From NCBI RefSeq assembly GCF_006345805.1, contig NC_043013.1, positions 35,464,001 through 35,528,000 on the forward strand: a DNA stretch of 64,000 nt, in the 5' to 3' direction. Positions within the stretch are counted from its first letter, which is position 1. Every line of letters begins with the position of its first letter. Of the stretch, positions 36,673 to 50,595 are shown piece after piece. Made by a program: the position numbers and the translations under genes. Source of the stretch: Octopus sinensis (Eukaryota). The notes beneath the pieces were generated by a model. The model was not told the DNA's origin and did no database searches. It saw only the letters and a program-made list of their open reading frames with translations.

Positions 36673-39600
36673 ATGTGTGTGTTTGAGTTCATATTTCTCT
36701 CATTTACACATGTGCTACGCAAGGTCATTGTAATCAATGCCTTTGTTAATGATGTTGTTTGCTTGCAGTGCATCATGAAACCATGTCCAAACTGTTTGTT
36801 ATTCAACAGACTGAGAAATTCTTACCTCATTCGGAAACAGGTCTGTTTTTTTCTTTGCTTTCTTCTTCTACCTTTTATAGCAGACTTCAATGATGGAATA
36901 ACATAGTTTTATGAAATCCCTTTTGCATGGAACAGTTTCAGGAGGGAAAATCCAGTGGAGGAAAATATTAGTTTCAAATTTTCAAACATGGCCAGCCTTT
37001 GGGGAAAGAGAATAAGTTGATTACATTGATGCCAATGCTCAACTGGTAGTTATTTTATTGACCCTGAAAGGATGAAGGGAAAAGTCAACCTTGGTGGAAT
37101 TTGAACTCAGAATGTAAAGACAGATAAAATGTCCCTAAGCATTGCTAACAATTCTGACAACACGCCACCTCCATAATGATATTAATGATAATAATGATAA
37201 TAATTGTTTCTATTAAAAGCACAAGGCCTAGAATTTGATGGTGGCAGGCTACTAGCTGACTACATCAACCCCAGTGCCTGGCTGGTAATTATTTTAAAAA
37301 CATAAAGGATGAAAGGCAAAGTCAACCTCGGAAGAATTTGAACCCAGAACATAAAACTAGACGAAATGCCACAAAGTATTTTGTCTGGTATGCTAATGAT
37401 TCTGCCAGCTAGCTGCTTGAATTATCATCATAATCATCGTTATCATTTAACGCCTGTTGTCCATGCTGACATGGGTTGGACGGTGTGACCAGAGCTGGCA
37501 GGCTGGGGGACTGCACCAGACTCCAATCTGATTTGGCATGGTTTCTATGACTGGATGCCCTTCCTAAAGCCAACCAACCACTTTACAGAGTGTGCTGGAT
37601 ACTTTTACATGGTGCCACATGGGCGCTTTTATGTGACACTGCATGGGCACTTTGAATCGGTGCTACACGGCCACTTTTACATTGGAATTGCATGTGTGCA
37701 TTTTTACATGACACCACATGGGCTCTTTTATGTGGAACCACACAGGCACTTTTATGTGGCACTGCATGGACTTTTTTATGTGGCAACACACAGGCAGTTT
37801 CATGTGGCATCACACAGGCAGTTTCATGTGGCACCACACAGACACTTTTATGTGACACCACACAGGCACTTTCATGTGGTACTTCATGAGTGCTTTTGTG
37901 TGACACTGCCATAAGTGCTTTACACCAGCTGAAGGATCACTCCATAATGTTGGTTTCAAACCTTCACACAAGGCCAGCTTTTTGGCAGAAGGGCTAAGTT
38001 GATTACATCCACCCCAGTATGCAATTAGCCCTTATTTTATTGATTCTGGAAAGATGAAAGGCAAAGTTGACCTCAGAATGTAAAGATGGACGAAATACCA
38101 ATAAGCATTTTGTCCAGTGTGCTAATGGTTCTGCTTGCTTGCAGACTTCTAGCAGAGAAAAATATTGAAACATAACATCGAACAATGAACATCATAAATT
38201 TTTACAACTCAAATATTGCTGAAAACAGAAAAGACAATTGAATTTTGGTCTAACTGTATTCAGTGGTACCCCAATGGCTTTCTAGGGTATGGACAGAATA
38301 ATGATGAAAAAGATATGACTATAAAAATTATGGTGGATGGTTCCAGAAAATTGATTTATGCTACTAGCTGATTAACAATACTGTTTGGTAAGCACTTATG
38401 AGCACATTTACTCACAGATACATAATTGTATGTACATATACATAATTGTGTGTTATAGATTATTTTAAAGGCTGCACAATTGATCGAAACTTCTATGTTC
38501 AAGTTCTACCACATAAATTATATAGCACCCTTAGGAAAGACATTTTACTTATTCCAAGCAACCTAATTGAAAAATAGACACCTCCCTCTCATGTCATGGT
38601 TGAGAAATTGAGCATCCAGCTGTAAAATACTTCTTCAGGAACAATTCATTACATATAACCAAATTCTAAGAGCCATTCTTCTCAAACTCAAAAGAAGAAA
38701 AAACAGATATAAAAGCATTAATTGAAAAATATATACACACATACATATATATACTGACAAAGATATGTGCATACATATGCAACATATTTTGAATTCTCTG
38801 TAAGACCAAAATGTTTAAGATTCTTAAAACACCCTTTGTTCTTTTGAACTGGCTAGATTCAAGCAATATTTTATCAGATTTACTAACTCATAAATTCCTT
38901 CACTGCATGAAAAATAAATCAATAAATAGATAGATAGATAGATAGATCAGTAGATAGATAGATATATACATAGATTGACTATGTGATAATATACATATGT
39001 ATCTATAAAATCTATCCATATATACATGGATAGATCATATTGATACATACATAGATATATAGATATTTGATGAAATGGCGAAAAATTGATAATGAAGAAA
39101 TCTTTAATGAAAAATATATTAAAACTATCTCCCTTTAGGCATGAAAAAAAGGCTGTATATAAAGAATTTGTTGCCTCTGGAGAATGCAACATATGACTCT
39201 GAGACAAGATATTAAAAGTTTATGAGATATAGAAGTTGGTTCATCGAAAAGAAAAACAAAATTGCTTTAGTACTTTGCAAAGTTTAACAAATGCAGTATT
39301 TTACACAGGTTTCTCAAAATCTACAGATTTTACAATAAAAATTGAATTTATGATAAGAGACATGAATATTGTGTATTAGTTTTAAGATTTTCCTGTTGGA
39401 ATTATTATTATACATATTGAATCTACCAAGAATAATCCCATCTGTTAATGTGCTTGAGACAATTGGTTGATATTTGATAATCAAGAGTTAAAATCAATGG
39501 GTGAGTTGTTCTATTGAAGGAAGGCAATATGAGATTTGCAACAGTCATGTCTTTCCCCAGAGCACAAGCTGCTAAATGAAAGGAAATAGCTATGAATAAG

Positions 39601-42600
39601 AATTAAAACTGTTTTGCAGTCTTATATTGGTGGGAATATACTTATTATTCTAAAATGTTTGTAGTTCAACTAATTGAAAACCAAAAGTGAAGGCAGAGAA
39701 GTAAAAGTTTACTTTTCATTGTAACAATATAGACGTATGTAAGAAAGATATAACCTCGGTAGAGTAGAACGAGAAAGATACAAAAACAAAAACAAAAAAA
39801 AACGTGAGAAATAAAAGAATAAAATGATAATAGAAAGAAAGGAAAATGATGAGGAAAGAGAGGGAAAAAGATGTATAGAAAAAGACATAGATAGGCATAA
39901 AGAAAGCCGTGGAGAAAGCGGTGGGGAAAAGAAATGTGTCAGTCATTTTGTAAAGCATACTTGGAATCTCAGAGTGATGAAGAATAAAAACGAGTGTATA
40001 TACTGCAATAACCTTTCTCCATTATCTTTGTTAATAATGAATGTAATTACTACATTCTCATTAGAACGGTCAATGGAATTAGAATCAAGTGACAAAGTGT
40101 TCCACACGGACCGTTTGTGTAGTAGCTTCCAAACTAATGGCTATTTAGGAACGAGGATAAGTGTTTTGCTTGTTTGCTATCTAAACACCTCATACTTTGA
40201 AGACACTTGTGAATAGATTGCAAAATTGATTGTTTAAGAGATTATCAGCATTTCTCATTAGATGAAATACACAAGACATAATACTTTGTTCCATCAGACT
40301 GGAACCAGCAAGAAGACAATAATAACATTTAGATGAAATTGCAATATAAACCTTCCACAAACTTTATAGCTGCAACAAAATAATTTAAACCAAATTCTTC
40401 CAATATTTTCTCTTGTAGTGCTTTTCTTTTTTTATATTTCAGTAAAAAAAGACTTTTGTTTATCAAAGAAATAACAAAAAAAGAAAAAGGCTTAACTGCA
40501 AATCAAAGAAAGACCCAGGCAGAAGAATTACTAGATGTGATTTGAAGTCATGAGAGTTAAAATCCAAAGGTGCAGATTTCAGAATCAAGAGTTTTAGATT
40601 AAGTAAAAACCTCAGCATATTTTTGAGAGAAATAATCAATTAAATGAAGTCATACTACAGGTAGTTATTTTACCAACAGAAGAAGCCAACATCATGAGAT
40701 TTAGATATAAAAGGACATACCTACATATTGCAAAGCAGAACTTAACAGAGCAACTTCTCACCTGTATTGGTGATATCATTATAAGAGCATTTACAGAAGT
40801 ATTCAATTTCACACAGGTAAAGAAAAGGTATTGGTCTGAAATCACTGTCTTTCACAAATACAGCTTGTTCTTTTAGGTGCCAGTGTCACTTAAAAAGCAC
40901 CCGTGGCAGTGCTGCATAAAAAGCACCCCATGACGGTGGCACATAAGAAGAACCCAGTACACTTATTGAAGTGGTTGGCATTAGGAAGGGCATCCAGCCA
41001 TAGAAACCATGCCACAACAGAGTCTGGACAGTGCCCAGCTAGCTAGCTCCAAGTCAAACTGTCCAACCCATGCCAGCATGGAAAGTGGACGTTAAACGAT
41101 GATGATGATGATGAGTAAGGCATCTGTCAAGGTTCAAATCACAGAACAAACCGGAAAGACTTCGGCTGATGCCATTCTGAAACCATCACAGGATAAGAGT
41201 TGGATTCACAACAAATTGGAGTAGTATTTTATGAAAATGCAGCAGTACTTTATGAACTGTGTCTGCGTACTTATTAGCAATTTGGGAAACCAGACCACTA
41301 TAGTCAAATGTAAATAAATACCCTAATCTATAAAATACTTCATATTTATTCATATCACTATAGTTTATAAGATAAGCTTTCACATATAACTAAATAGAAA
41401 GCTATTTGCATGTATGCATTTAAAATACTATGTGTATCAGCGTACACTCACAAATTACAACAATCACCATTATTAGAATGTGCCTGAAATATATCATTCT
41501 CACATATGGCAGTTATCTCATAACAAAGCGAGCAGATGCCGCCTTTCCTCACAAAAATATAATGGCAATGTAATGAGAATTCCTCTATCTGGACATGGCT
41601 TTATTCTACCTCTTAACTGAGAATAAACCCAGTTAATTAATATTGTCTATGCTTGATCCCTTTCTAAGCCCTGATGCACTAATTAGATCTTCATTCCAAA
41701 CTGATATATCATCTACCCCCCTCGTTCCGTATTTCATTTTCTAGCCAGTTTCTCCACATATTATGCTGGTTTCATTTTCATCCGTGCCAATGATATTGTT
41801 TAAGAGAACAATTGCGGAATTGCAGCCACTTTATTAATTTGTAGATTAGTGGCAGTATGTGTCGGTCTGTTTCATGCATGTTTCCCATGATTCACAGTGA
41901 GAATGAGTGCATTGAGCTACTGAGAGAGACACACATATACACAAAGGTATCCATGCCCACGTAAGCACATACAAACACACAACAGTTTGTGAGTCACATA
42001 CACACACAAACGAGATGGCAAATGAATAAAGTATAAAACCAGGCGAAAAGAATATTCTGTAACTGCTGTATTTTGAGCTGGATGCTTAATTCTAGTAGTC
42101 TCAAATGCATTTACTATAGAGAATAGCTACCAGAGCTAAAGGTTTTACATCTATAAAATGGACATTTATTAAAATGTAGATTAATCGCACCTACTAATCT
42201 TCTTTCCTTTAACCTTTAAAGGTAGTGATTTGTCATTGCATATTATATATATATTATATATTATATATTATATATTATATATATATATGTATGTATATAT
42301 ATGCATATATATGCGTGTATATATATGTATATATATATGTGTGTGTATATATTTGTATATATGTGTGTGTGTGTATATATATATATATTTATATTTATAT
42401 GTGTGTGTGTGTTATAATTTAGAACAAACAGTAAGTTGTCATTATAGTACTCAGAGTTTCGAATGTTGGAGTGAAGAGCTATGATACATTTCGGTTGGCT
42501 ATGAATGGCAATAGATGCTATGAAAAACTGTTAAATAAAAGGGAAGTAACTGTAATAGGTGGAAAAAGAAAAAAGATAAAAAACATATGCAACCATATTC

Positions 42601-43107
42601 TCACAATACATAGACATAAACCTCCTGTGTTCACAACGTCTACATATGTACAGACTACACAAACATGTATACGAACATGCACAGACAGACACACACAAAA
42701 ACATATATGTATGTATGTACTCGTATATACACACATATCCACATTAACACACATATATGTGTATGCAACCACTTCCTTATATACATAGGTGCTTGCATGC
42801 ATACACGTAACATAATACATATATATTTATACATTTATGTCTAAATATATGTATATATATATCATCATCATCATCATCATTATCATTGTTTAACGTCCGC
42901 TTTCCATGCTAGCATGGGTTGGACGATTTTGACTGAGGGCTGGCGAACCAGAGGGCTGCACCAGGCTCCAATCTTGATTTGGCAGAGTTTCTACAGCTGG
43001 ACGCCCTTCCTAATGCCAACCACTCTGAGAGAATAGTGGGTGCTTTTTTATATATATACAGACATACATATGCACACCCACATACACAGACACATATATA
43101 TGTATAC

Positions 43108-43154
<47 letters not shown>

Positions 43155-43364
43155 ATACACACCATTCCATCACACACCTACATCCACACATCTACAAACA
43201 AGCATATCCGCATAAATGAAGGAGGCGTGTGCATGAAAATCACACATAAGCACCGGACAGTCTTATTCTCATATACATACATATATATACACACACACAC
43301 ACACATACATATAATATATATACATACACATATATATACACACACTTACACACTCACACAACTA

Positions 43365-43740
43365 AAATGTGGACATGATACAAAAAGTTCAGTTCTTGAA
43401 TTTAAACACATATCGGGATCGAAGGAACTTTTCCAGATGAGCCACCTTTCCATATTACAAAGATCACACTTGCCACTACCATTGGTATAAGGTTTACACT
43501 TGGCTAAGATCTTCCAGTAAATCCTGTAGTTGACACCTTGTTCTTTTAAGTACCATATATGATTGGATAATTTGGTAGTCTTTTGTTTATTCCAGTGTCT
43601 GAAGTGTAAGGTGTGATTGTTGAAACTTGCTTTGAAATTTCCCTCTGTGATACCCACATATCTCTTGGATGAAACTGTATTATTAGCGTTCGTGAAATAT
43701 GGTGGCTTAATAAATAATGGCTTCGGTCTTACAGGGTCTA
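43365..43740 (-). pseudogene. Second Naiad-type PLE GIY-YIG endonuclease remnant
   Basis: IIY*AT..KRYVGITEGNFKASFNNH..FRH..KTTKLSNHIWYLK..IYWKILAKCKPY..KCDLCNME..LNSRTELFVSCPH. Confidence 0.85.
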
Positions 43741-43987
43741 ATTACAGAATCATTTGGGGGATATAAATTTCACAAGCCAGGAGGCGGTCGAAACTGATAT
43801 TTCAGAGTTCTTCACTTTGAAACCAAAATAGGTTTTACATTGATGGGATTAAAAAGCTTGTAAATAGATGGAAGGGAGTCATAGATAATCAAGGAAAGTA
43901 CATTGATGATTAAATTTCAATTAAATATAACATTTGATCACTTGTTTTCTATATTCAAAATTTGGACAGAACTTATGAGATGACCTG

Positions 43988-43988
<1 letters not shown>
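43740..43988 (+). pseudogene. mariner transposase 3' end with right TIR
   Basis: LQNHLGDINFTSQEAVETDISEFFTLKPK/FYIDGIKKLVNRWKGVIDNQGKYIDD*, then TIR ggacagaacttatgagatgacctga followed by TA. Confidence 0.8.
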
Positions 43989-44039
<51 letters not shown>

Positions 44040-44369
44040 AGGTGCATGGTTCAGTGGTTAGAGCATCAAGCTTACGATCGTGAGGTTGTGAGTTCGAATC
44101 CCGGACTGGGCTCTGCATTGTGTTTTTGATCTAAACACTTTATTTCACATTGCTCCAGTTCACTTAGCTGTAGATATGAGCTGTGATGGTGTCACTGGTA
44201 CCAAGCTGTATCAGCCTTTACCTTTCCATCGGATAATATTGGTGGCGCAAAGAGGGGAGGCTGGTATATGTGAGTGACTGCTGGTTTTCCATAAATAACC
44301 TTGCTTGTACTTGGAGAGTAACTTTCTATATTCAATGCCATGATCATTCATGTTTGAAGGGGTCTTTAC

Positions 44370-44416
<47 letters not shown>

Positions 44417-44989
44417 CATATAAATCAATAAATGGTGGGGTTCTGTTGACCGCACGTAGAGAAATGATAGGCAAGGAAAAATTATAAAAAGGCAGAATGT
44501 TAAATTGAAGGTAAATTTTAATGAAAATGGGTGTATGGAAAATTTTTTAAAAATTAAAAAAAAATTTTTTTTTAAATATATATATATTTTAATTCAAAGC
44601 GGTTTGGTGAACATATGTATAGGCTTTGTCAATTATCACTCTTTCCAAATATTACAATATTGAATTCAACATGGTTTTAGATCAAAATTTTTGCATAAAG
44701 CTTTTGCAAGTGATATATGTGCATCTGTGTGTGTGCATGTTCATGCATGCTTGTGTGTGTGTGTGCATGCCTGTTTGTGTGTGTGTGTATCAGTGTGTGT
44801 GTGGTGTGTGTGTGTGTGTGCATGCTTTAAAAAATGGTTTCTTAAAGTCCATGTTCCAAAAGCTTTATTTCCTTTTTCATGAAGTTTCGTAGTGATACTA
44901 TCATTATTTTTGGATCAGGAGTTGGATCAGCAGTTTCATGAACCTCTTAATCATTTGTAGTTGCCCATAATCCTAGAAAAGATAACATC

Positions 44990-45410
44990 TTACATTTGGG
45001 CAAAGAATACATTCCAATTCTAAACCAATCATCAAGTTTCACTAAACTAATTAGAGTCACAAATTATCAACAAAGACAACCGCCAAATCTTAAAAGACTC
45101 TTAACAAATGGGGAAATTCACATCAGAGGAAGACATTATGCAAATAACAAACTGTGGCAAACTTTGTTGGGTGATGTGTGAAATAATTGAATTGGAAACA
45201 AGCAAAAACAATAATTCAAAAATGGAAAGGAATTGAAGCCTAAGACAAATATGAATTGCAAAACGAAACTGATCTCATTTATTGTATCACATGCTCACAA
45301 TGCAATGAGAATTCTAGCAGCCAAACAAGACCAAAATTAATACATCATATTAGTGTCAGAATCCTCCCTAAGAAATGTTCCATTTAGGGATCAACGAGAC
45401 ATTTTTTTCC
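44990..45410 (+). pseudogene. Third PLE remnant (Penelope/Poseidon-type linker + GIY-YIG), decayed
   Basis: RQPPNLKRLLT, KTNMNCKT, and DLIYCITCSQCNEN..SQTRPKL across frameshifts. Confidence 0.7.
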
Positions 45411-45953
45411 TTATATTTTACTTGTTTCAGTCATTAGATAGCAGCCATGCCGGTGCATCACATTCACTGGTTTTGTCAAACAAATCGGTTTAAGTATTTT
45501 GTATTTTTTAAAAGCCTGCTCCCTTTTCTGTTAGATTCTTATGCCGAACCACAAAGTTATGGTGATTCAAGCAAATCAGCATCAGTTGTGATGCAGTTGT
45601 GAGGGACATTGCTAAATCCACAAATTTTTTTTTTTTTCTCCCTGTTTATTTCCTCATATTCCTTTCAGTTGAAGAGCATAAGCTCAAAATATAAAACACG
45701 TTTTCACTTTCCCGAGCATCAAACTAATACACCTACTTGTTGTCCATACACATATCTTTGTCTTTTGTTTTTCTGTAAATTTCAACAAGATACACACACC
45801 CACACACACATATATATAAAGTAAACAGAAAATGGATAAATATTGATCAACAATTGACTAACATCAATTATTACTTTTTAATTCAATACAATATATATAT
45901 ATATATATATATACATCATGCTAGCAAGGAAAACGGACGCTAAACGATGATGA

Positions 45954-46059
<106 letters not shown>

Positions 46060-46279
46060 TACATACATATATATATATATTATATATATATATACATACA
46101 TATATATATATAATACACACACACATATATATATATATATATGTTATATATATATATAGCCAGCATCATCATCGTCGTCGTTTACATATATATAAATATA
46201 AATATATATATATACGTACATATATATATACATATATGTATGTATATATATAGCCATCATCATCATCGTCATCATTTAC

Positions 46280-46310
<31 letters not shown>

Positions 46311-47574
46311 CATGTATGTATCTGTGTATCTATGTATCTATGTATACGTAATTTTCTTTGATTGTGTGTCTTTCTTTGCCAAGAGAACTATTGTAGAAAC
46401 TTGTGACATTATCAACAACAGCTTATTTTAGTTACCAAAGGGTTTATGTCTATTCTTTATGTCTCATTCGCTTAATTTCTATGTAAATTTAAGAAAGCTA
46501 ATGCAGACATTTAAAACAAATTTTGCTTTATATCTGTCACAGTATATATTCTCCATGTTTAACAGATGTTTCAAAAAAATTGCCGTTTAAATATAATAAC
46601 TAGGATTAAAAATTTGTATCTTCTAAAATTATAATCCTTTTTCCAATGCACATAGGCAAACTCTTACACACATACACATCATGCATGTGTATATGGTGTG
46701 TATCAATATAATTTAATGGATTCCTTTCTATGGCAGTAGTAATAAAGATTGAACTTAAGATCTGTATGTTTTTTTCTTCTTTTCTTTGCTGGGCTTTCTT
46801 GTATAATCAAATAATTTATGTCAGCTGGTTATCATAACAGAGTTACACCTGTTGCATACAAATCGCTTTACAATTAGCATTGCATAAATTATCTCCCTTG
46901 AATTTTACGTTCATAGCCTTGGTTTCACAATCATCCAGTCATTTCTTTCTCATTTACTCTCAGAATACATATCTATCTATCTTTCAAGCCAGCTAGATAA
47001 CTGCCTGGCTGTATGTAACCCCTACCCTACACAGTAAATAATTATCATTTCTACGATTGTTTCTTCGTGTAAAGAACTTTGTTCCTCTTAATAGGAAAAG
47101 CTTTGCATAACAACAATAAGACTTTACAATAACAGTTGCAACTACAACTGCACCAGCAGAAAATGTGGTAATGATTAATTTCAAAAACCATATAGCCACA
47201 AAACAGCTGCTTCCACAGGTACAATGCCAGTTGCATCAGAAAGAACAACAGCACCAACAACACCTGCACCAGGTACGTTCAGTGGACCAAACCACCTTGA
47301 TGATTTCTACTCTAGTACAAAGGTAAAACGAGCAACAGCTGCAACAATGAAAGCAACAAAAAATAAAACAAAGGTAGCTGCAGTGACAACGTTGAGGATG
47401 CTGATGCCATTCGTTTTATAACATCTTTCTTTGCAACCTTCTGTGACATCAGATGCGGTAAAACGAGAGCGTGAAGAGGGAAATCAGTTGTTGCGATTGC
47501 CAGGAATGTGACTCCACAAAAATGCAAAAGGACCAATTTACTGTGGTATGGAATTACTGATATTAACAATACTA

Positions 47575-47900
47575 ATTCATTGTCTTCGTTGTCATTACCA
47601 TCATCGTTGTCGTTGTCATTACCATCATCATCATTGCTATCATCATTATCATTACTGACATCCTCATCATCTTCATCATCATCCTCATCATTGCTATTGC
47701 CATTGTCATTATCGCCATCATCAACATCATTGCTGACATTCTTATTCTCATCATTGTCATCATCGTCATCGTCATCATCATCATCCACATCATCCATATC
47801 ATCATCATAATCATCATCATCATCATCATCATCATTATCATTCTCATCACCATCATCAGCATTGCTGACATGCTCATCACCATCATCATCGCCATCGTCG

Positions 47901-47935
<35 letters not shown>

Positions 47936-48090
47936 GTTGCTGACATCCTTCATATCGTTGTCATCATTATCATCATCATTGCCATCATCATCATCATCTT
48001 TACCATCATCATCAGCATCATTGCTGACATCCTAATCATCATCATCGTCGTCATTATCATTGTCGCTAACTTCCTCACTGACATCATCAT
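47575..48090. repeat. Degenerate (CAT)n tract. Others: 20040-20400, 21780-22140. Related simple repeats: (TAT)n 30838-30958, (AAT)n 34972-35025, (GATA)n 20465-20562, 22205-22305, 52007-52320, 61500-61850
   Basis: Direct reading; these explain the poly-D/H/M/S/Y ORFs in the track. Confidence 0.95.
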
Positions 48091-48156
48091 TGTTACTGTT
48101 GCCTGCATGGATGTATGCATGCTGAGGATAAACCAAATTCTTTAAGGCAGATATTT

Positions 48157-48690
48157 TTATGGCCTGATGCTTTTCCTGTCACCACCTTTGCTTGTCCCCA
48201 AGCAATGTAAGATTTCCCTCATGGCCAGACATATTTCCATGGAGAGACTGCTACAGAATGACATTGCTTGTATGACAGTGATTCTCTGTTTGACTAAACA
48301 CATGCTTATCCATGGTGTTACCAGGAGTTTTATTGGTCTCTCGCTCAACTGCACCCACACATAATAATCAAAGGGCTTGCAGTCTGGGGAGATTGGTGGC
48401 CAGATGTTAGGGGTGATGTGGTCACAGAAATTGTCTGACAGCCATGGTTGGCTTCTCCTGTTTGTGTGGCATGGTGCAGAATCCTGTTACCAGGCATAGA
48501 GTCTTCCAGCAGCCACCCTCTTGACACAGGGCAGCATCACCTCCTCCAAGCACTTGTTGTAGGCCTCTATGTTGAGTCTCAGGCCATGTAGGAAGATGAA
48601 TATAGACATAATTTTGCCATCACTAGCAATCATTACAAACACCATGATGTTGACTGGATGTTTGATTTTTATCACACACTCAGTACATCT
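48157..48690 (-). pseudogene. Tc1/mariner-superfamily DD37D (maT-type) transposase remnant
   Basis: KHPVNIMVFVMIASDG..YAW*QDSAPCHT..WLSDNF..WPPISPDCKPFDYYVW; 37 residues lie between the last two catalytic Asp; one in-frame stop. Confidence 0.85.
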
Positions 48691-48981
48691 CAGATTGCAC
48701 TGTCCTCAGATTGACACCCAAACACTCTGAAATGTTCATATTGTAGCTTTAGGTACAAATCCAAATGGTACAGCATGCCATTTCCAAATTTTTGACAGAG
48801 TTAATTGCGTCATGGTGAAAATAGCAAGTGAAAAAATGGAGGTTCTGGTATCACAATACCAAGGAATAAATATGATGCCAGTTCTGTCATTCTTTTGCAT
48901 AGACTGCTCTATTTCTTAGAGCATGTTTCTTCTCTGGATTTAAGTTTTTCTAAAAATTATATATATATATATATATTATAT

Positions 48982-49013
<32 letters not shown>

Positions 49014-49968
49014 CATATATATATACATATACATATATATATTTCGTTTTTAGAAAAAACATATATCCAAATGCATATATATATATGCATTTGTCTCTGG
49101 ATACCAACATTCCTGAGTGAATTGCTTGAATAATTGTGGAGACCATTCTACATGAAGCCATTGGTAACTTTGTTAATCCAGAAATAATTAATATTTATCT
49201 AGCAAAGCAGTTTTGAGTAACCATTCTGTATGTTTCTGTGCATGCATGTTGTATGTGTGTGTTTGTGTGTGTGTGTTAGAGTGTGTTGTGTGTGTGTGCA
49301 TGCTTGTGTGTGTGTGTGTGCGTGTGCACGTGTGTGTGTGTGCATGTGTGCATTTGTATGTAGTTATGTGTATGTATATATGTATGTGTAAATATATAAG
49401 TATATCATATAATATTTACACACACACACACACACAAATATATATTCCGCAGTATCAACTATATATACATATATGGTTGATATTATTTTTTTCTAAAATG
49501 CTGGAACTGGAAAAGTTTCTGGTTTCTGAATATCTAAGCATTTGCCTTTATAAAAAAAGACAGCTTACAGAATCCAAGTCAAGACACATTTTCCATTTCC
49601 ATTTCATTATACAGCTTATACATATAGTGAGAAATTGAGGTTCATATGAATTTGGCACTGATTCCAGTTTTGCATGACCTTTAAACAGTTTCACTTTTCA
49701 TCCAAGAAAATCTTCCTATAATTCTTCTCATTCATCTTGTCAATTACATAAAACAGTGACACATCACTTTCACTTTTTAAACTTTCGTTTTATCCAGTAA
49801 CATTTCATGGGTCATTGGCTCACAACTAAACTCATTAGCTTCATGTTTTTATATTAAGGGTAAATTGACCGACCTGAATCCATTGTTTTCAAAGCTACCA
49901 ATAATGACTCAAAGTGAAACAAAATGACACAACTTGGAATCAAGCCTGTGTCCCACAATTAGTTCACA

Positions 49969-50138
49969 GCGCAGGAGTGGCTGTGTGGTAAGTAGCTTGC
50001 TTACCAGCCACATAGTTCCGGGTTCATTCCCACTGCATGGCACCTTGGGCAAGTGTCTTCTACTATAGCCTCGGGCTGACTAAAGCCTTGTGAGCAGATT
50101 TGGTTGATGGAAACTGAAAGAAGCCTGTCGTATATATG

Positions 50139-50169
<31 letters not shown>

Positions 50170-50595
50170 CATCATCATCATCATCATCGTCATTTAGCGT
50201 CCGTTTTCCATGCTAGCATGGGTTGGACTGTTCAACTGGGGTCTGTGAAGCTGGAAGGCTTCATCAGGCCCAGTCAGATCTGGCAGTGTTTCTACGGCTG
50301 GATGCCCTTCCTAACGCCAACCACTCCGTGAGTGTAGTGGGTGCTTTTTACGTGCCACCTGCACAGGTGCCGTGTGTGTGTGTGTGTGTGTGTATGTTTG
50401 TATGTCTGTGTTTGTCCCCCCAACATCACTCAACAACCGATGCTGGTGTGTTTACGTCCCTGTAACTTAACAGAGACCAATAGAATAAGTACTAGGCTTC
50501 AAAAAAATAAGTCCTAGGGTCAATTTGCTCAACTAAAGGCGGTGCTCCAGCATGGTCACAGTCAAATGACTGAAACAAGTGAAAGAGTAAAAGAG
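49969..50595 (+). mobile_element. SINE family A with a nested minus-strand family B repeat (50168-50370) in its internal microsatellite
   Basis: Head, then (TA)n, then (CAT)n-tttagcgtccgttttccatgctagc..., then (TG)n, then the tail. Confidence 0.82.

Noticed and set aside
38264-38387. Splice-bounded frame WYPNGFLGYGQNNDEKDMTIKIMVDG resembling a laminin-G exon
   Set aside because: There is an in-frame stop before the donor, and it resembles equally well a decayed RTE WLGH..MTKKIM segment.
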